From the NCBI RefSeq assembly GCF_009914755.1, contig NC_060927.1: a stretch of DNA of 64,000 nt, one strand, 5' to 3'. The DNA is from the human T2T-CHM13v2.0 reference genome, Homo sapiens. Below are positions 12,252 through 26,882 of this stretch, piece by piece. Below the pieces are notes generated by a model. That model saw only the letters and a program-made list of their open reading frames with translations, was not told the DNA's origin and did no database searches. The first letter of the stretch is position 1; every line of letters begins with the position of its first letter. The translations under genes were made by a program, and so were the position numbers.

Positions 12252-12524
12252 GGTCAGGTGTGGTGGCTCACACCTGTAATCCCAGCACTTTGGGAGGCTG
12301 AGGGCAGGCAGATCACTTGCGGTCAAGAGTTCAAGATCAGCCTGGCCAACATGGCAAAACCCCATCTCCATTTAAAGTATAAAAATTAGCTGGGCGTAGT
12401 GGCATGGGCCTGTCGTCCCAGCTACTTGGGAGGCTGAGGCAGGAGAATTTCTTGAACCTGCGAGGCAGAGCTGCACTCCAGCCTGGCAGACAGAGTGAGA
12501 CTCCATCTCAAAAAAAAAAAAAAA
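12252..12524 (+). mobile_element. Alu with small right-arm deletion
   Basis: Alu consensus; TSD agcaatatatt. Confidence 0.93.
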
Positions 12525-13457
12525 GCAATATATTATGTTTATGAATAGGATGACTGAATACTGATAAGACGTCAATTCTCCCCAAGTTTATCTATAAGTT
12601 CAATGAGATCCCAATCAAAATCCTAGCAGATTCTTTTTTTTCAAATTGATAGGCTGATCATAAACTTTATATGGAAATGAAAGGGCTTAAAATAGCCAAA
12701 TGAATTTTGAAAATATTCTAGAAGAAAATGTAAGAGAAATTTTTTTGCAAACTTGAGTGAGGGAATTATTTCTTAAGGCACAAAAACACGACCCATTAAA
12801 AAGGGGCTAATAAATAGAATTTCATTAAAGTTAAAAATGCCTGCTCTGTGAAATAAACTGTCATAAAAATGAAAAAAAAATCTAGAGTAAGAAACAAATC
12901 ACAAAACACAAACCTTATAAAAATCTTGTATCCAGAATATATAAAGAAATCTCCCAACTCAATATTTAAAAACATTTGAACAGAGGCTACCAAAGAAGAT
13001 ATATAAGTACATGGCAAGATTCTCAACATCATTACTTATTAGGGAAATACAAATTAAAATACAATGACATGTTTTACCCCTATACAATTTTTTGAATGAC
13101 TTAATTTTTTTAATGGCAATATCAAATGCTCACCTGCATGCTGAGCAAATAGAACGCTCCTACATTGCTGGTGGGAAGGCAAAATGTTAGAACCATTTGG
13201 AAATCAGCTTAACTATTTCCTATTAAGTTAAATATATGCTTACCACATGATATAGGAATCCCATGTCTATGTATATGCTCAGGTGAAATGAAAACATGTA
13301 TTCACTCAAAGAACTCTACATTAATGTTCATGGTTGCTTTATTCATATTTGTTCAAAACAGGAAACAACCCACATTTTCACCAACTGGTGAATGAATAAG
13401 CAAATTATAGTACATTCATCCAATAGAACAGTCATCCTTTTAAATATGCTTATACAT

Positions 13458-13785
13458 GGCCAGGCATGGTGGCTCACACCTTTAATCCCAGCACTTTGGG
13501 ACGCCGAGGCAGATGGATCACTTGAGGTCCGGGGTTCAAGACCAGTCTGGCCAACAGGGTGAAATCTCATCTCTACCACAAATACAAAAAAAAAAAAAAA
13601 AAAAAAAAAAACAGCAGGGTTGTGGTGGTGCACGCCTCAGACCCAGCTACTCAGGAGGCTGAGGCAGGAGAATCTCTTGAACCCGGGAGCTGAACTGAGG
13701 TCACGGCACTGTACTTCAGCCTGGGTGACAGAGGAAGACTCTGTCTCAAAACAAAAACAAAAACAAACAAAACAAACAAAAAACA
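13458..13785 (+). mobile_element. Alu with expanded middle A-tract
   Basis: Alu consensus, long central poly(A), (CAAAA)n tail. Confidence 0.92.
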
Positions 13786-13819
13786 ATACTCATACCTTTA
13801 ACAACATGGATAAGACTCA

Positions 13820-14179
<360 letters not shown>

Positions 14180-14569
14180 CTACATACTATATGTTTTATT
14201 CCTACAGCTTCTAGGAAAGACACAAAAAGGGACAGAAATCAAATCAGTGATTGCCAGGACCTAGGGGTGGGGTGAGGGATTGACTGCAAAGAGGCATTTA
14301 GGAAATTTGGGGAATAATAGAAATGTTTGTATCTTGATTGTAGTTGAAGATACATAGCATCTGCATTTGTCAAAACTCGTCAAACTCTACAGTTTAAAAG
14401 AGTAAATGTTGTGTATGTAAATTTTACCTCAACAAACCTGACTTGAAAAAAACAGCAGGAAATATTAGACAACAATGTGAATAACAGTGGCATTTGCAGT
14501 CATGTTGGTCTTTACAAAGGACCCAATTTGTGTTTCTCGGAGCACAGTTTTGAGGTTAAATGATGTACT

Positions 14570-14936
14570 GGGTCCCTTTTATCTCCCCTCTTTCAATCTC
14601 TTTTCCAGTTTGGTTTCAGCAAAGGGAAACACCACAGGAGACTGAAGAAAAGAAGTAGAGTGAAATCTGGTGCTTATTTCATAGGTTCCATGCCCTCTGG
14701 TTTGCTCTTGACTTGCCATGTCCTTTTGTGAAATGTCACACTTCTGCCAGACAACTTTCTCTACTCAGGATCCCTTTGTCTCTGCGTCCCTGTAACTATC
14801 CTTGACTCTTCAGGACTAGGGTTTACTATACCACATGATCCCTTCTGGTTCTTCTACACGATGTTCACATCTCATTCTCTTCAAATTACTCAATTTGAAT
14901 GTGCCATCTCTTTTCTGCCAGATTCTGACAGATACA
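14570..14936 (+). mobile_element. Old ERVL-type solo LTR (LTR33-like)
   Basis: End ttgaatgtgccatctcttttctgccagattctgacagataca resembles the recalled LTR33 terminus. Confidence 0.4.
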
Positions 14937-15944
14937 GATAATAAGGTTCAACCCTTTGTCTTGTCACTTCTAAGCTAAGAAGATTTGGGCCACCCATTTT
15001 ACAGATTTGAGCTTTAGTTTTCTATTCATTATATTTGAAAAAGTATACTTCCTTGGCAAGGTTGTTATGGGAATTAAATCATGACACGCTAGCTGAAAAA
15101 GTTTTCATTAATATTTTCTCCCTTTCTCATCTTAGACTCTCCCCATCCAACACTGAATATTTATTCTCTTTATCTTTTTATTTCTTTGCATGTTCCCATT
15201 TTTCCTCTCTCTTTTGAAGGTAATGGAATTTTTCTATCATGTGTAAATGCATAAGTAAATCATATAGAGGTGTATAATATACAGAAGGCTGTAAAAATGG
15301 CTTAAATGTACCATGGATGTTCCTGGAATAAACTGTTGCTATTTCAACTGCTGCAGAACAGTTAAGTCAAACTTTTGAATTAGGTCAACAAAATCCACAA
15401 ATAGGGAGGAATCTTTGGACTGTCTAAGCAGGGACAGATCTGGAATAAATCAGCCACAGATATCACTTGTCGGCATGCTAAGAGCGGCATTTCAAATAAG
15501 GGTAGAAGGTATGCCAATAATATTGGCTTCTGGTAGCATTATGATGCATCCATTAATTCTATATTGAGAGTTTTCCATCATGTGGATTCAAGCTAACATA
15601 ATTGTTTTATGGCAGTAATGTCTAAACAAGGGTCCACAATTAGGCTGTATTTTTATCTTGATTTGTGAACTGTCTCTGCCAACTACTCAAATTTCAAGCT
15701 TGTTGAGACATATGTTATCCCTGGAAACCCATCATAAAAATGAAGCATTTTACTGTCCCACTAATTCTGTGTGCTCTGGTCAGTTTCCCCATCTAGATCC
15801 AAATTAACCATGTAATTGTCCTTATACTAGTGACTAGTATTTTAAATGGCCTTTTTAGGGAAACCAAAAAGAATAAATTTATTGCTTTTTGTGCAAAAAT
15901 ATAATCTGGTTTGGATTCTCTTTTCTAGCTTTTAAAGCAGTGAG

Positions 15945-16110
15945 ATAGAATGCAGTCGTGGGAAAAGAACTGGATATGGAATTAGGAAGATCTGCATTTG
16001 AAATCCAGCTCTGCGACTACTTCTTACGTGTGTGATCTCATAAAGTCACTTAATTTATCTGAGCCTTGGCCTCTTTACCTGTCAGATGGGGACCCTCTGG
16101 TGAATCAAAT
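15945..16110 (+). mobile_element. MIR SINE fragment
   Basis: atccagctctgc...gtgtgtgatct...aagtcacttaatttatctgagcct...acctgtcagatgggg core. Further MIR/L2 fragments occur near 14950, 18570, 19580-19970, 20770-21015, 24330, 28200, 35500-35860, 37090-37900 and 62930-63220. Confidence 0.75.
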
Positions 16111-16316
16111 GAGCCATTAACGATCTAATAACATAACATGTTACCTTTATAACTTAATAATTCATTTAAAAAATAATTTGTGTATGTAAGGATGCAAATA
16201 TAATTAGTAGGAGATAAGAATGAAAGAAAACCTTCAGCCAAAGGCAGAAATATTTTGGTTAAAAAGAAATCAAAGTACTGAAGAACAAGAGCAAGACAAA
16301 AATGATTACAACGTCT

Positions 16317-16354
16317 TCATTTATAGCTCACATGTCACAGCTCAGTATTTATAG
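16317..16354. promoter_or_regulatory. MEF2-type response elements about 600 bp upstream of OSTN exon 1
   Basis: TCATTTATAG (16317-16326) and GTATTTATAG (16345-16354), near YTA(A/T)4TAR; position fits the published primate OSTN MEF2 element as recalled. Confidence 0.7.
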
Positions 16355-16914
16355 GTTTGTTAGTGACAGCCTTCCCAGTATAGCAATGTTAATTACGAAG
16401 TAGCTGTCATTGTGTTTCACTGACACAGCACTGTGCACCTGACGGAGGCTGAAAGTACTCATTATTTCCATAGCTGATCATTTAAAGGTCCAAAAATTAC
16501 ACCAATAAATCCGTTTGTGTCTGATTACAATCTCTCTATATCGTACATTGAAATTCCCTGGTGACTTTTTAACAAATCTTAGTGCATTTTATTTCCCAAA
16601 TATGATTTGTAATAATCAGAGCTTGACTAAAACCTCAGGAAGAGGTGATGGGTGTGAAGCTGAACACAATACTAAATCTATATTCAAATTTTCCAGAGCC
16701 TATACTTCCATCGTTATTTAAATGCCATGATCAAAGCAATAGATAGACTAAATATGGAGGGAAAGGAGGGAGGGAGAAACTGAAGAAGGAAGGGAGAGGG
16801 AGGGAGAGAAAGAGATCGAAGAGAGGCTTGGGAAAATGTTCAGTGGAAAATCTGTAGAAATGATGTAAGAGAAAGCAAAGGCAGGGATTGGAGTAAGGGG
16901 TGTATAACTGAGAC

Positions 16915-16922
16915 TATAAAAA
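16915..16922 (+). promoter_or_regulatory. OSTN: TATA box of OSTN
   Basis: TATAAAAA about 95 bp upstream of a consensus donor GAG|GTAAGT in non-repetitive DNA. Confidence 0.75.
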
Positions 16923-16944
16923 CTCAGAGAGAAAACTCACCACC

Positions 16945-17011
16945 AGGGCTGAGTTTTGGAGAAACTGCAGAGACAGTACTCTAAAGTTAGAATCTCCTGA
17001 TCTTTCACGAG
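16945..17011 (+). other. OSTN: OSTN non-coding exon 1 (start approximate)
   Basis: Start inferred ~30 bp after the TATA box; no ATG; donor CACGAG|gtaagt at 17011/17012; exon 2 begins at the ATG, so an upstream exon is required. Confidence 0.75.
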
Positions 17012-20000
17012 GTAAGTTATATGTAAAAATTGATAAAGATTTAATGCTTCTTTTAACTATTATTTTTACTTTCACAGACTCTTTAAATGTTTTGATTATA
17101 TCTTGATTTTGTTAAAATTAGAGTGGTAATATTTCCCTCTCTAAAATGAGTAGAAAATCAAAGATATTTTTGTAATGCAAACTTAAGGTAGAACTAATTG
17201 CTTATTCAGATATTTCATATTTATAAGATTGCTTTTCTCTTCCATTTCAAAACAAACAGAAAGTGAATGCAAAATAATAATTCTATACATATATATGTTA
17301 TTAGCGTTATTTTGCTTTCCTCAAAATTGTGTAATATTAGAAAAATGTTTAATATAAAAGAGTGGTCTAAACAACCTAGGTAAAAAAGAAAGGTTTTTTC
17401 CTCATTATTTCTATCAAAACTGGAGCTTAAGAAACATCCCTAAACTAATGAAATTCTATCTCTTATGTTCTTAAAACCTAATGCATCTTCTGTTTTTCTC
17501 CTTATATGTCAAATATGCAAATATGATATTAATAACATAGTTGGAGTAGACTTAGAGTATGCCTGTTCTTCAGTATTTGTAGTGCTCTTGCTATTCAATG
17601 ATTGAATTGAGAGTTAATCTGAAACATACATTTGAGCTCTGTTGGAGAAGAAATTTAAAATTTTATTTCAGGTTTAGTGTGCACTCAGTGAATTCAGTTC
17701 TAACAATTCAAATGTTGTTTCTTTGAATAACAGACTCTATAGGTTTAGGAATGTGATTATTATTTGTTTATGAGTTTTCCTTCTAAAAATTTAACATTTT
17801 TGAGAATGAATTATGGTAATTTTAATGCCTATATAAGTTATAGAATTGATAGTGTTATACCAAAAACACCAGGGACATTCTGTGTTTTCTCTTACTTTGG
17901 TACTACTCTTCAGCACGCTTACAGAACTTTTCTAAGGAGCACTTTCTGTAGATAACAGTTCAGGTCTCCTTCATGTCAGTGAATTTTACTATGGCTTCAT
18001 TCAAAAATTATTCAGAGTGTTTAAGGTTGACATTTGCTTTCTCCCCCTTATTTCTCAGGATTTTTAACTGATTCTTATATACTGAATAATGAGCAGTAGA
18101 GAAGCAGATATCTTCAGTTGACTGGGCACGGGAACCTCAGGGCTATAATTTTAACTTCTTTTACAAATACTCTCAATGATTTGAACATTTGATTAATAAA
18201 ATTAGATTAATTGAACTTGTCTCAAAAATAAAGAACTCGAAGTAAGAAATCCTAATATATCATTCTAGCTCTGCTATAATCCACCTATACAACTGCAGGC
18301 AAGCCTTAAGCACGAATTAAGGCTTGATAATATTGTATTTTGTCCTTGTGAAAAGGACAAAAAAAAATAGAAGTGCTAGGGATACTGAGTATAAAAATAT
18401 TTGAGGAAGCCCCCATGTCAGTCAATTTTCCCTATATTAGAGAATAAAACCTCAGTATCACAGAAGTTTAGGACTAATCTTTAGAGCTAATTTAACTGCT
18501 TTGCCAATATTTCATTTACTATGACTGTTACCTACCAGACAACTTTTGCTTAGATTCAATAGTTCAGTCAGAGAAATACAAGCTTTGGAGGCAGAAAACT
18601 AGACTTCTAATTCTAGTTCTGACTTCGACAGCTTTATGGACAAACCATTCAGCTTCCCTGAAGCTTTATTCTCCTCCCCTCAGGAGCTTGTGGGGATACA
18701 ACAAGTAAGCTACAACAAGGTGCTAACTCTGGGTATCTCTCTTAAATGAACCAACTCTCCAAATGGCTTAAGATCTCTCAGATTAAAGGCTTCATTTTTT
18801 ATTTATTTATTTATTTTTTTTAGCTAGCTCTTTCTCTTCTTTCTTCAGATAAGTGTCACGGTACATCCCTGGAGCAGTGATGCCTTCTTCCTTATTGCCA
18901 CTCCATCAGCTCAGACCTTAATACAAACCATCTCCTCCCTCCAGTAACAATGCCTCTGCCACCACCTTCTGCTCTCTCTTCCTCTTCAACAATTTCTATA
19001 TTATTATCTTCTTTCCCCTCCTTTGAGCAGGTTCATTCTCTCTGAGCCTCACTTTCTCCATCTATTAATTGTGGATATTAAATTTGACAATTTTTAATGA
19101 TTGCTTCCTCTGTTTCTAAAATTCTATATTCCCAGGGTACCTAAGGCTATAAATATGTGAAAATTCCACTTTTAAAATATTATATAAAATGGTATTAAAA
19201 GTTCACTTTAGGTGGCACAATTAGAGCTAGAAGAATAATGATGCCTTCAGTACAGCTGAGCTTTCTTTTGTTTCTTTCCCAGGATTACATTTTTTATAGT
19301 TGGAAGCAATTTTTATAGAAATATTATGACTCAAAATAATGATAATGCACCAAATGTTAGAGTGATTTCTATTTATAACTCTCTAGAGTGAAATTTTCTT
19401 CCCCCATTCAATATTATTTTTCTTACTATATTTTCTATCACTCTGCCTTAATTCTAGATTTTGAGGAATAATTTTGTTCGTTAAAATGAAGGATAAAAAT
19501 ATTTTTTCATAAAAATTAAAAAGTAGTAAAAACATTTTGAAAAGTTGCCATATTTCAAAGGCAATATCAGGATAATGATAACTGTTATTTATTGAGTAAC
19601 TAATTTATGCCTGCTGATTTACCCAGATTACTTCTGATCTTCATACTAAGCCTACAAATTAGGTCTTTGCCCTATTTTTCTGAAGGAGAAGTTAAAACAA
19701 AAAGGCTAAATGACATGCCTAATCAGGATTCAGATCCAGGTCTATGTAACTTAAGAGTCAACCTGTTTCTACTAATTCACTTTGTTGTATTACAAAGTAT
19801 ACATACAATACTAGGAGTTAGGAGACCAGATTTCTAAAGTAACTCAGCTTGTCTCAGTTCACAGATGTTTAAAAAATAGAATTATAATGTTTTCTGTATA
19901 GGTCTAACATGACTTGTAAGGATGACAGGAGATTAATTTCAAGATAGTAAAACACTATGCAAATGTTATTTTTTCAAAAGTTTATGTATGACAATTCTAT

Positions 20001-21519
20001 TTGAAGAAAGTGGAAGCATTCCAGAAAGGATCTGCTCTTGCAGAAGGAAATCCCTAGACAGGACAAGCGGTTGAGGAGTTTCCACCTGAACCAGGCTGTG
20101 AGCAACAGGAAGACAGAGAAAGTATCTTCTTTACTTTTATATCCCCAGTATCTGACATGCAGTGTATGCCTAATAAATGCATCCTGTTTTTGAGTAGTAT
20201 AAAATTTATATTTTTGCCCCTTTGTTTAATGTTAGAGATACTTTTCCATTTATTATGTTGGCTAGCTTAATGTAATTATGATGTAAGATTTTGATCAAAT
20301 ATTTTATATAAGTACAAAGTGGAGTAAACAGTGAAGGGGGTCGTGAAATTCCACATTAACTTCAGATTTAAATATGCTATATTTAACTTAATTTATCCAA
20401 TTTTACCCTCTGCAAGCCTTTTAATGCTGCGTAAAAAGTTGCCTATGTATGGAACGGCCAGCCGATATGTGCAACTCTATTAGCTTTTCCCTATGTACAG
20501 TTTTAAAGCTATTTTCCCTTTAGTGAGCATTAGAATTAAACAACAAATTTCATTAACAGAATTGCCTACAATTATATACTAATGTTATTTTCTATTTTTA
20601 GGTAACATAGTTTTATATCAAGAAATATTTAGTTATTTGGGGATTTAGGTACAGATTAATGTATGAAAAGGAGAAATCCTAAAGTTTAGAGGAATGATTA
20701 TTTGAGGTTAGTGATGCATGTAACTTTCATTAGAATGAGAATCTGTGATGTTAAATACTAATGGATGTATCAGGATTCCAGCATGAACTTCATCACATTT
20801 TACTGTAGCTGTAGAAACATAGGCTAATCTCTTATCTTCCCTCTACCTTGGTTTTCGTATCAAGAAAGCTGGGATATTAGTATCTGCCCCGCATTCCTGT
20901 TTACCTTCCACATAAGGCTGCTCCATGCATTCATTCAACACACACATTTGACCCTGTGCCAGGCATTCTGTAAGGTGCTGAGATGCAATGGTGAACATGA
21001 CATGGTCTCTGCCCTAAACGAGTTTATAACAACTAAACCCTTTGTTAAACATCCAGATCTGGGGGTTTAAAATAATAATGGAATCTTTCTCTAAGGTGGC
21101 ATTGTAGGTTTCTGGCTTCTTAATTTTTGCAAGAAAGAGATTAGTAGCATTAATCACAAATCCAAATAGAGGAAAAAAACAGACAGAGATAGTTAAAAAT
21201 AAAATTTTAAGATTTTGGAAGGCAAAGTATCTAAAAAAGAGTGAAAATGGTGCCAAATAGAATAAAATCAGTTAACACATGTTCTAGTAACTTATCATTC
21301 TTCCTAATTTGTTGCCTTCAGGGACAGTCATTTTAAAATGTAGGTATCTGCCACATTAATAACACTGCATCCATAAAAATATTACTTTATAAAAAATTTG
21401 TTTGGGAGATAGAAAAGGGTTTTACACTTACACAAATAGGTTATACTCGAAAGAGCATGAAACTGGGAGTCTGAAAATGAAAGTTGTTGTTCTGGCTCTT
21501 CTTCTAACTGGCTTTGTGA

Positions 21520-21900
<381 letters not shown>

Positions 21901-23606
21901 TAATTTTTTTTTAACGGGAAATGTTAAATTTCTCAATGTCAGCTTGCTCCTTTTTTTCAGGAATCCAAAACATAAAGTAAATTCCCATTACACAATTTAT
22001 TAAAAATAGCAAATTTCAGAAGGAAATGTTTAAATAAATGGCTATGCACCACGAGTATTTCTCAAATGTATTTTTTATGAGGATAATATAGATGATATAT
22101 GTGACACTGACAGAAGCTACAAGCCACTAGCAATTTTCAATTGCTCTTGGGTGAAAATCCTCAATGATTTTAAATCTCGAATTTGAGTTTATGAAGATCC
22201 CAAACTTCTTACCCATTTCTAAGCTTCTAAGTGACACAGCCACACTCAGTTATCTGGTTTGTGAGGCAAAATTCATCAGAGACTGGAATCGCAGTTTCAA
22301 TAAAAAAAGAGACCGCAATGGCTGGAGGTCCCAATCTTTGCTTTCCAGCAGGTAAGTCTCTCAATCATCTGGGTGCTTCCCTAATCAAAGAAAGCTAGAA
22401 AAACCTTCTTTAAAACTTTGTTCAAATATTGTCACTTATTGAAATATCGAGATTACCTATAGAATGACAAACTATAATTTATCCTTTTGGTTTTTTCAAT
22501 ATAAGTTTTGCAGATTGTCCCTATGAATGGCTCTAAGTTCCCTAAGTGACTGTTGGGTGTAAATTTTGTGTTCATAGAAAAAAATTGGCTTCAAACATCT
22601 GCCTTCAGCTTCATAACAATCACTTCAAAACAATTTTTTTAATTATGTTTTAAAAACATAATATTTTCAAATTATAGTTTACAAAGTGTTTCTACATACT
22701 ATTTTAGTTTCCGTTGTAAAGTTTTTAGTTATAATAAAACACAAATTAAAAAGGTGTAGTTTTCTCACAGATAAATTTATATCCTCATATATTTTTAGGA
22801 AACAATATTAAATATAAACTTAAAAGGCTTATTTATTTGAACTCTAAGCCAATTCCATAATTTGTGCTGTTTGTAAATTAAGATTAACTAAAGTTAAATA
22901 ACTTACATTTTGTGAAGAAAATCAGTTTCATTAGACAGTTTTGAATATTTTAGAGTCTTGTTCAAGATCATTAGCCCATTAAGGAGCACAGCTAAACCTC
23001 TTATTCCTGTCCTTCAAGTCTGAGCCTGAGTTTTTCCCCAGCATAATGCTGAATATCTGTATATTGTCTGAAAGAGTTTGAATATTTTTTTGAATATTTA
23101 TTCTTTCATTGACAGAGAATTTTTGGAGTCACGTCAAGTAAAAAAAAATATATATATATATATGTATATAAAACCTTCACTAATATCACACACATTTGTG
23201 ATGCTGGTGGAGGTTGTAGAGATCTGAAAATTCTTATTATCAAAAATTCGTATTTTGTCTTCACCAATTTTATATCTACTAAAATTAAGATCATGATTAC
23301 TGAGAAAATATTCAAATGATTATTTTGTCTTGACAGACTGTTAATTCAAAATGCAGGAGAGTAGTACTCAATTATTTTTAAATTATTAATATTATTTATG
23401 TTACTTGCAACATTTCTATCTGATAACCAAGTTAAATATCATACAAGTCTTTCTTTCTCTCAGCTTAAAAGAGAGGATATAACTGCATTCTATGGCATCT
23501 GGAACCTCAGTTCTAACAATTTTTGTTTTGAAAGGGTAGGGAAATGAGCATACTGACTTATGCATGATAGGAAAAAAAAGAGAAGTAAGAAAAAAATCCT
23601 AAGTAA

Positions 23607-23907
<301 letters not shown>

Positions 23908-26566
23908 TCCTAAGTAAACATTTTAAAATAAATATATTACCATATGTCATCAATTTTGCCTCACATTTAACATCTCTGAAATTGGAATTAGTCTTACATT
24001 TGATAAGCATATCAATTTAATTGGTAGCATTGTTTTTTCTTAACATGTTCTTAAAAATGGAATGTCTTACCATAAATGACATCCCAAAATCAAAGATTTG
24101 GAGATTCTTTCTTTTCAGCTAGAAATACCTAATTTTAAAAATACTGAAAGTGAAAGAGGAAAATATTTCTGTCACAGCCTAGATGCAATTTTTTGCATAA
24201 ACTTTGGCTGATTTGAGGAACTCATCCAGTCAGTTTTCCTAGCTAAATCTGCACTATTCTCATTACCTACATGTTAAGTGTCTGCACTTTTACCAGAAAA
24301 TAGCCAGCTTCACCAGTGAGCTTTAAAAGCCAGATGCAACATTAGAGGTCAGTTAGACCATCTCCATTTTAGTTGGTCTAGAGAGGAAAGTGTTTGCCCA
24401 ACATCACATCACTAAATAGCAACAGAGGCAATGAAGAGCCTGAGTCTCACGACTCTTGCATCAGGTCTTTTTTCCATTACAGAGAGCTATGCAGACTTTG
24501 TGTTAAGCACTGTCCCTTTTAGGCCTTTTTCTAAGATAAAAAATTATTGTCACTCTGTCATTTATTATTCCTGAGTGTTTATAACTTAATGGAGTGGGTA
24601 AAGGGTAACCTGAAGAACGTATTATGTTTTACAGACTTACTTATGAGCCAAGCTGACTCACGACTTGCCTGGAAGAACACCATTATTTCAATGGGAGAAG
24701 ATTTTAGGCGGTGTTGTCGGCAGGCACGCATGGTCATTTCATGGTGTCAGAACTAAGGCCCCTTTATAAAATATCCTGCTAAATCTCTTAAATGTATGTG
24801 CTCTGTCGCGGTGAGAAGAGAAAGTAAAGAAAATGTAGCCGTTGAATTAGTTTGTAAATCCTTTAATTAAGTCCTTTATTTTAAATTTTTGTTCAAAGGA
24901 GACTGGAGTCTATTTTGAGTATTGCCAATCAAGGTATTAGGGTAAATAATTAAAAATTCCTAGACAATATCAAGATTTACTCACAAACCTAGTACCTTTG
25001 TGAATTTCTAATTGTTGGATCAACTATCCATAAGTCAGATGTTAATCATAAATTTGCAGGTTGAAGAGAAATGTCCTTTACACCTGAGTTGTTTTTTTTT
25101 TGTTGTTCAACACCAGACTTCACATGCAGATAGTTTAAAAGTCTTATTGATTAATAGGTGCATGAGATCAGATACTGGCTTACATTGCTTCTCTTTTTCA
25201 GCCTAACCATCTCTAACATTTATACATCTCATAGAAGTTTGCTCTTTCTTTTGTAGATAAATGATTTTCAATCTCTTTTTTTCTACCCCAGCCCACATGA
25301 GAGACTTTTTTCACAATAAAAATAGCTCATTGCAACACTGATTCCTACTAATAAAAACATCTTTCTTCATCTTAACAGGCTTCTTATTAAACTCTGGTTT
25401 AAATATAATTAAGCCAGTTTTTCTTTATTGCTGGAATTTCAGAGCCTTTAATGTGAATTGGAACTCTAACACCTCTTTAAAAATATACAATATATCCCAA
25501 ACATAAATGACAAAATTTTATACCTCCTGACAAAACTTTATACCTCACTGCGTTATTCCATATACCATCATTCTAGCCAGTTTGAAAGATCCTTTCAGGG
25601 TATAGTCAATTCTTACATGTGGAAAGTCCTTAAAATAAAGCATAAGATGTTATACAACATAAGACATTTGTTTATTCAGCAGAATTATTTAAAACGTCAA
25701 AACACATAATAGTCCAATTGTCTAAAAAATGAAGGACGTACACAGATAATCTTCTTATAAGGCGGATTCCATGGTCGCTGTTTCTTTTGAAACTCCACAC
25801 TATCCAGAGAAATATTACTCAAAAATTACTTTTAAATAATGATGTGCTAAAAAAAAATGCAAACACCTTTACTTTGGTGCATTCACGCAATCAATGAACA
25901 CCCTTTCATTGAACTTTCTGTGATCTAGAGTATACATGGTGCCTAAGAGATTTTAAATCATGGGCTATATTTATCCACTATCAACAAAAATAGGAAAATG
26001 GGGCTGAACTTAGACTTTTCCTTTCCTCCCTATAATTTCCTCCATTTCTAATTTTGTAGCAATCAAGTTTCAACTAGTTAATCAAATGTCTTTTGTATGG
26101 CAGGTGCCAGGGTGTTTGTTTTCATTAGTGTACCAAATGCCACATTTAGGAACTTGGCCTTTTGGTTAACTGGCTACAAGCATGGCTTTAAACCATTAAA
26201 TGTGTGTATTTAAACTCAGCATTTATTTTTACATCTCCTTATCCAAATAATCAGGATGTGGTTATCTGTAAGATGATACATCATGATTTTTTCCTATATA
26301 CACCCAAGCACAAAAATATATACCTCAGACATAATCATCAATATTGTAAACACTCATCATCCTGTACCATTTATAAGATTACAGAGAAGAGGAGAAACCT
26401 GGTTAGTGAAATGTACATAAAAATAGTTAAAGGAAATCCACATGGAAAGGCATATAAATTTGGGCAATTTTCACATTTGAAACCTATTTTTATGACAAAA
26501 AGCAAGAAAGGAAAACATAAAGAATTGTAGTTTGTCTTTGATTAAATGGGACAACAATTTCTTTTA

Positions 26567-26882
<316 letters not shown>

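Noticed and set aside
25508-25546. 20-bp tandem duplication tgacaaaa(t/c)tttatacctc
   Set aside because: Ordinary slippage duplication with no evident function
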